Below, piece by piece: positions 61,401 to 64,000 of a stretch of 64,000 nucleotides of DNA (its first letter is position 1; every line of letters begins with the position of its first letter). Source of the DNA: Macrostomum lignano (lineage: Eukaryota); assembly GCA_002269645.1 (NCBI GenBank), contig NIVC01001499.1, positions 1 through 64,000 of the forward strand, written 5' to 3'. The translations under genes were made by a program, and so were the position numbers. The notes beneath the pieces were generated by a model, which ran no database searches, was not told the origin of the DNA, and worked only from the letters and a program-made list of their open reading frames with translations.

Positions 61401-61786
61401 CTATCTACCTGTTACAGCACACACTATCTACCTGTTAGACAAGACACTATCTACATGTTCCTGTTAGAACCTCACCTGCTGGGCAACCGACCCGAGAACA
61501 CGGGCTGCCCAAAAGCCTCCTTAATGAGCTCATAAGAAGCCAGCGCGATCACCGTCCGACCACCCATTCGAATTGAAAAAATGTCTCCATAACGATTGGC
61601 TAAATCGCGAAAAGTTCGATGAGAATTGGCTCGATCAATCCAGGGCAAATAGCCAAGTAGCGGCACACCGACGGGACCCGGCGGCAGCCTTGCTCGACGT
61701 CTAGATGCTCCAACAATCAACCAGACAATGTAACAAACGATGGCTAAAATTATCAATTTGATTAGAAGATTCTGTTCCTCAATCAT
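55417..61786 (-). CDS. Cytochrome P450, CYP2 clan-like; one in-frame TAG at 58785-58783 (possible null allele, pseudogene or base error)
   Basis: Phase-consistent exons 61786-61476, 60342-60022, 58861-58507, 55962-55417. TM anchor, PPGPVGVPLLG, GILFTEGEKWSHQRNF, I helix LFFGGTATT, ExxR (ECYR), heme motif PFMIGRRACLG. Confidence 0.9.
56025..58470 (+). repeat. 26-bp minisatellite GACACTATCCCCTGTCTAACAGGTGT (about 94 units) filling CYP intron 3
   Basis: Highly homogeneous units, each with the hairpin CCTGT-CTA-ACAGG. Confidence 0.97.
58945..59975 (+). repeat. 21-bp minisatellite GGAATGAAGCTTGTTAGACAC filling CYP intron 2
   Basis: Direct units; a length divisible by 3 produces long artefact ORFs. 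Confidence 0.97.
60391..61465 (+). repeat. Compound 23-25-bp minisatellite (ACCTGTTAGATAAGACACTATGTGT, then ACCTGTTACAGCAGACACTATCT) filling CYP intron 1
   Basis: Two related unit types in succession. Confidence 0.95.
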
Positions 61787-62142
61787 TTCTTGTGTTGCTT
61801 TTTTAAACACGGAAAAAACTAAAAAGTGGAATGTTTAGTTGGTCTGAAAAAAATATTGTAAACTCAGCCTTTCTATTCTAGGTGAGCTGAATTGTATTTT
61901 CTACCCCGCAACTCTGGCCTGAGCATGCTTGAGTACAGTGAGTTAAACTCTTCTCTTGCAAAACCTGGATAGGCAAGAGTGTAGAGTTAGCTCAGGACAC
62001 TTAAACTCTGTCCTTTGCACATAAAAATTTGACAGGCAATTTGTTCTGCTTTTTACTGCTTTTACTGCTTTGTACTGCTGCTTGCAGAGCAGTTAGTTCG
62101 GTGGTAAGAAGCGTCTGACTGCCCGCACCTGGGGGGAATTGC

Positions 62143-62685
62143 TGAGATGTCGAGGCTCATGAGGGGAATTGCTGAGATGTCAAGGCTAATGAGGGGAATT
62201 GTTGAGATGTCAAGGCTCATGAGGGGAATTGCTGAGATGTCAAGGCTCATGAGGGGAATTGCTGAGATGTCAAGGCTCATGAGGGGAATTGCTGAGATGT
62301 CAAGGCTCATGAGGGGAATTGCTGAGATGTCAAGGCTCATGAGGGGAATTGCTGAGATGTCAAGGCTCATGAGGGGAATTGTTGAAGATGTCAAGGCTCA
62401 TGAGGGGAATTGTTGAAGATGTCAAGGCTCATGAGGGGAATTGCTGAGATGTCAAGGCTCATGAGGGGAATTGCTGAGATGTCAAGGCTCATGAGGGGAA
62501 TTGTTGAAGATGTCAAGGCTCATGAGGGGAATTGTTGAAGATGTCAAGGCTCATGAGGGGAATTGCTGAGATGTCAAGGCTCATGAGGGGAATTGCTGAG
62601 ATGTCAAGGCTCATGAGGGGAATTGTTGAAGATGTCAAGGCTCATGAGGGGAATTGCTGAGATGTCAAGGCTCATGGAGGGGGAA
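62143..62685 (+). repeat. 30-bp minisatellite GAGGGGAATTGCTGAGATGTCAAGGCTCAT
   Basis: Direct tandem units upstream of the CYP start. Confidence 0.95.
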
Positions 62686-63039
62686 TAAATTATTCCTTTT
62701 TTTGCTGCCTGGCGCTGATCTCCATAGTTCTCTTATACTCGCGTTGAGCATTTTTATTAAAATCTTCGCCAATGAACATTGCTGACCTCAGTAAATCTAA
62801 GCTTCTATGCTTATCAAGATTCATTTTATCACTCATACACTGGGTCATGAATTGAATGAATTTTCTCTGACCTAATTTTTTTGCCCTAGATTTACAAGTT
62901 TATAAAGTTATAAAGTTAGTTAACAGACTGTATCTCCACCTTTGTTGCTGTCTTTCACTGTTTGAGTCTTTTTTGTTTGTAGCTCTGAGTGTCTCTGACC
63001 TGTCACTTTGATTGCCTTTGTCTGCTACGGTGTGTCCTT

Positions 63040-63660
63040 AGCCTGTCACTCTCAGTGTCTTAAACCTATCACTCTCAGCTGTGTCTTAAACCTATCAATC
63101 TCAGTGTCTTAAGCCTATCACTCTCAGTGTCTCTAGCCTGTCACTCTTAGTGTCCTTAACCTGTCACTCCCAGTGTCCTAAACCTGTCACTCTTAGTGTC
63201 TCTAGTCAGCCACTTTTAGTGTCATAGTCTGTCACTCTCGGTGTCTTTATTCTGTCACTCTCAATGGCTTTAGTCTGTCACTCTTAGTGTGTTATTAAGG
63301 CTATCACTCTCAGTGTCTTAAACATGTCACTCTCAGTATCTTTAGTCTGTCACTCAGTGTCTTTATTAGCCTTTCACTCTCAGTGTCCTAAACCTGTCAC
63401 TCCCAGTGTCCTAAACCTGTCACTCCCAGTGTCCTAAACCTGTCACTCCCAGTGTCCTAAACCTGTCACTCCCAGTGTCCTAAATCTGTCACTCCCAGTG
63501 TCCTAAACCTGTCACTCCCAATTTCTTAAACCTATCATTCTCAGTGTCTTTGGTCTTTCACTCTCATTCATAAATTTTAATGCCTATCACACTCATTTTG
63601 GCGCCTGTCACACTCATTTTGGCGCCTGTCACACTCATTTTGGCGCTAAACACACCTGTA
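63040..63660 (+). repeat. 23-bp minisatellite CCTGTCACTCCCAGTGTCCTAAA plus a short TTTTGGCGCCTGTCACACTCA triplet
   Basis: Homogeneous core at 63375-63520 with degenerate flanks. Confidence 0.9.
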
Positions 63661-64000
63661 CACTAGAGTTTACTACCAACCAACAAATTGAATTTGGCAC
63701 CCTATCATCGCACGAAATGCAACGCTCAGAGGTACCGTGTCAAACCTTAACCTGTTTATCTAGGCCGTTAAACTGCGGATGACCCCTGCAACACCACCGT
63801 TTCTCAATGAGAACACAAGCGTTTAGCCGCGAGATTCCCACACAATCTCAAAGCCAAGCTGACAGCTCTCGGGCGGCTTCTAAAACTGGTTCTTGGGACT
63901 GAAACTCATTCTCGATTAGATAAGAAATCTATAAGCTAGAGCCACAGAATTTCCAACAGAGAACTCTACGCCGTGGAAAGACACTTTGAGTCTGTTTCAG

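Noticed and set aside
62093-62128. Possible terminal exon VRAVRRFLPPN* (minus strand) after a CCCCCCAG acceptor at the end of the 30-bp array
   Set aside because: Too short, and no upstream exon could be linked; may be CYP 5' UTR or chance.
63690-64000. Coding-looking GC-richer stretch at the window end
   Set aside because: Only short open frames and no recognisable motif.

Overview
Eukaryotic (metazoan) genomic DNA with spliced genes and no prokaryotic features. GC-rich exons, AT-rich spacers and introns packed with minisatellites resemble a Macrostomum-type flatworm genome, but that assignment is low-confidence inference. Genes in order: SFSWAP exon 1 (-); a probably disrupted secreted PAN-like + ALK/LTK-type glycine-rich gene (-); two tandem intronless DEG/ENaC channels (-); a KDM7/PHF8-family JmjC demethylase (+, 8 coding exons found); a Sox HMG gene (-); a Gi/o alpha subunit (+); DNAJC11 (+); and a CYP2-clan P450 (-) with one in-frame TAG. 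Mobile DNA: two tRNA-derived SINEs with TSDs, a decayed RNase H-bearing LINE with an inverted 5' segment, two copies of a satellite-carrying non-autonomous Helitron, a P-like foldback nested in a hAT-like element, and several MITEs. The dominant unexplained structure is that 16 of 18 introns in the four multi-intron genes contain 18-41 bp tandem arrays, mostly filling the intron; the two array-free introns are only 130-131 nt. The arrays fall into families with shared cores that are either local to one gene or dispersed between genes, and some units mimic splice sites. Exon coordinates were worked out by hand from GT/AG sites and phase continuity; repeat boundaries and copy numbers are approximate.
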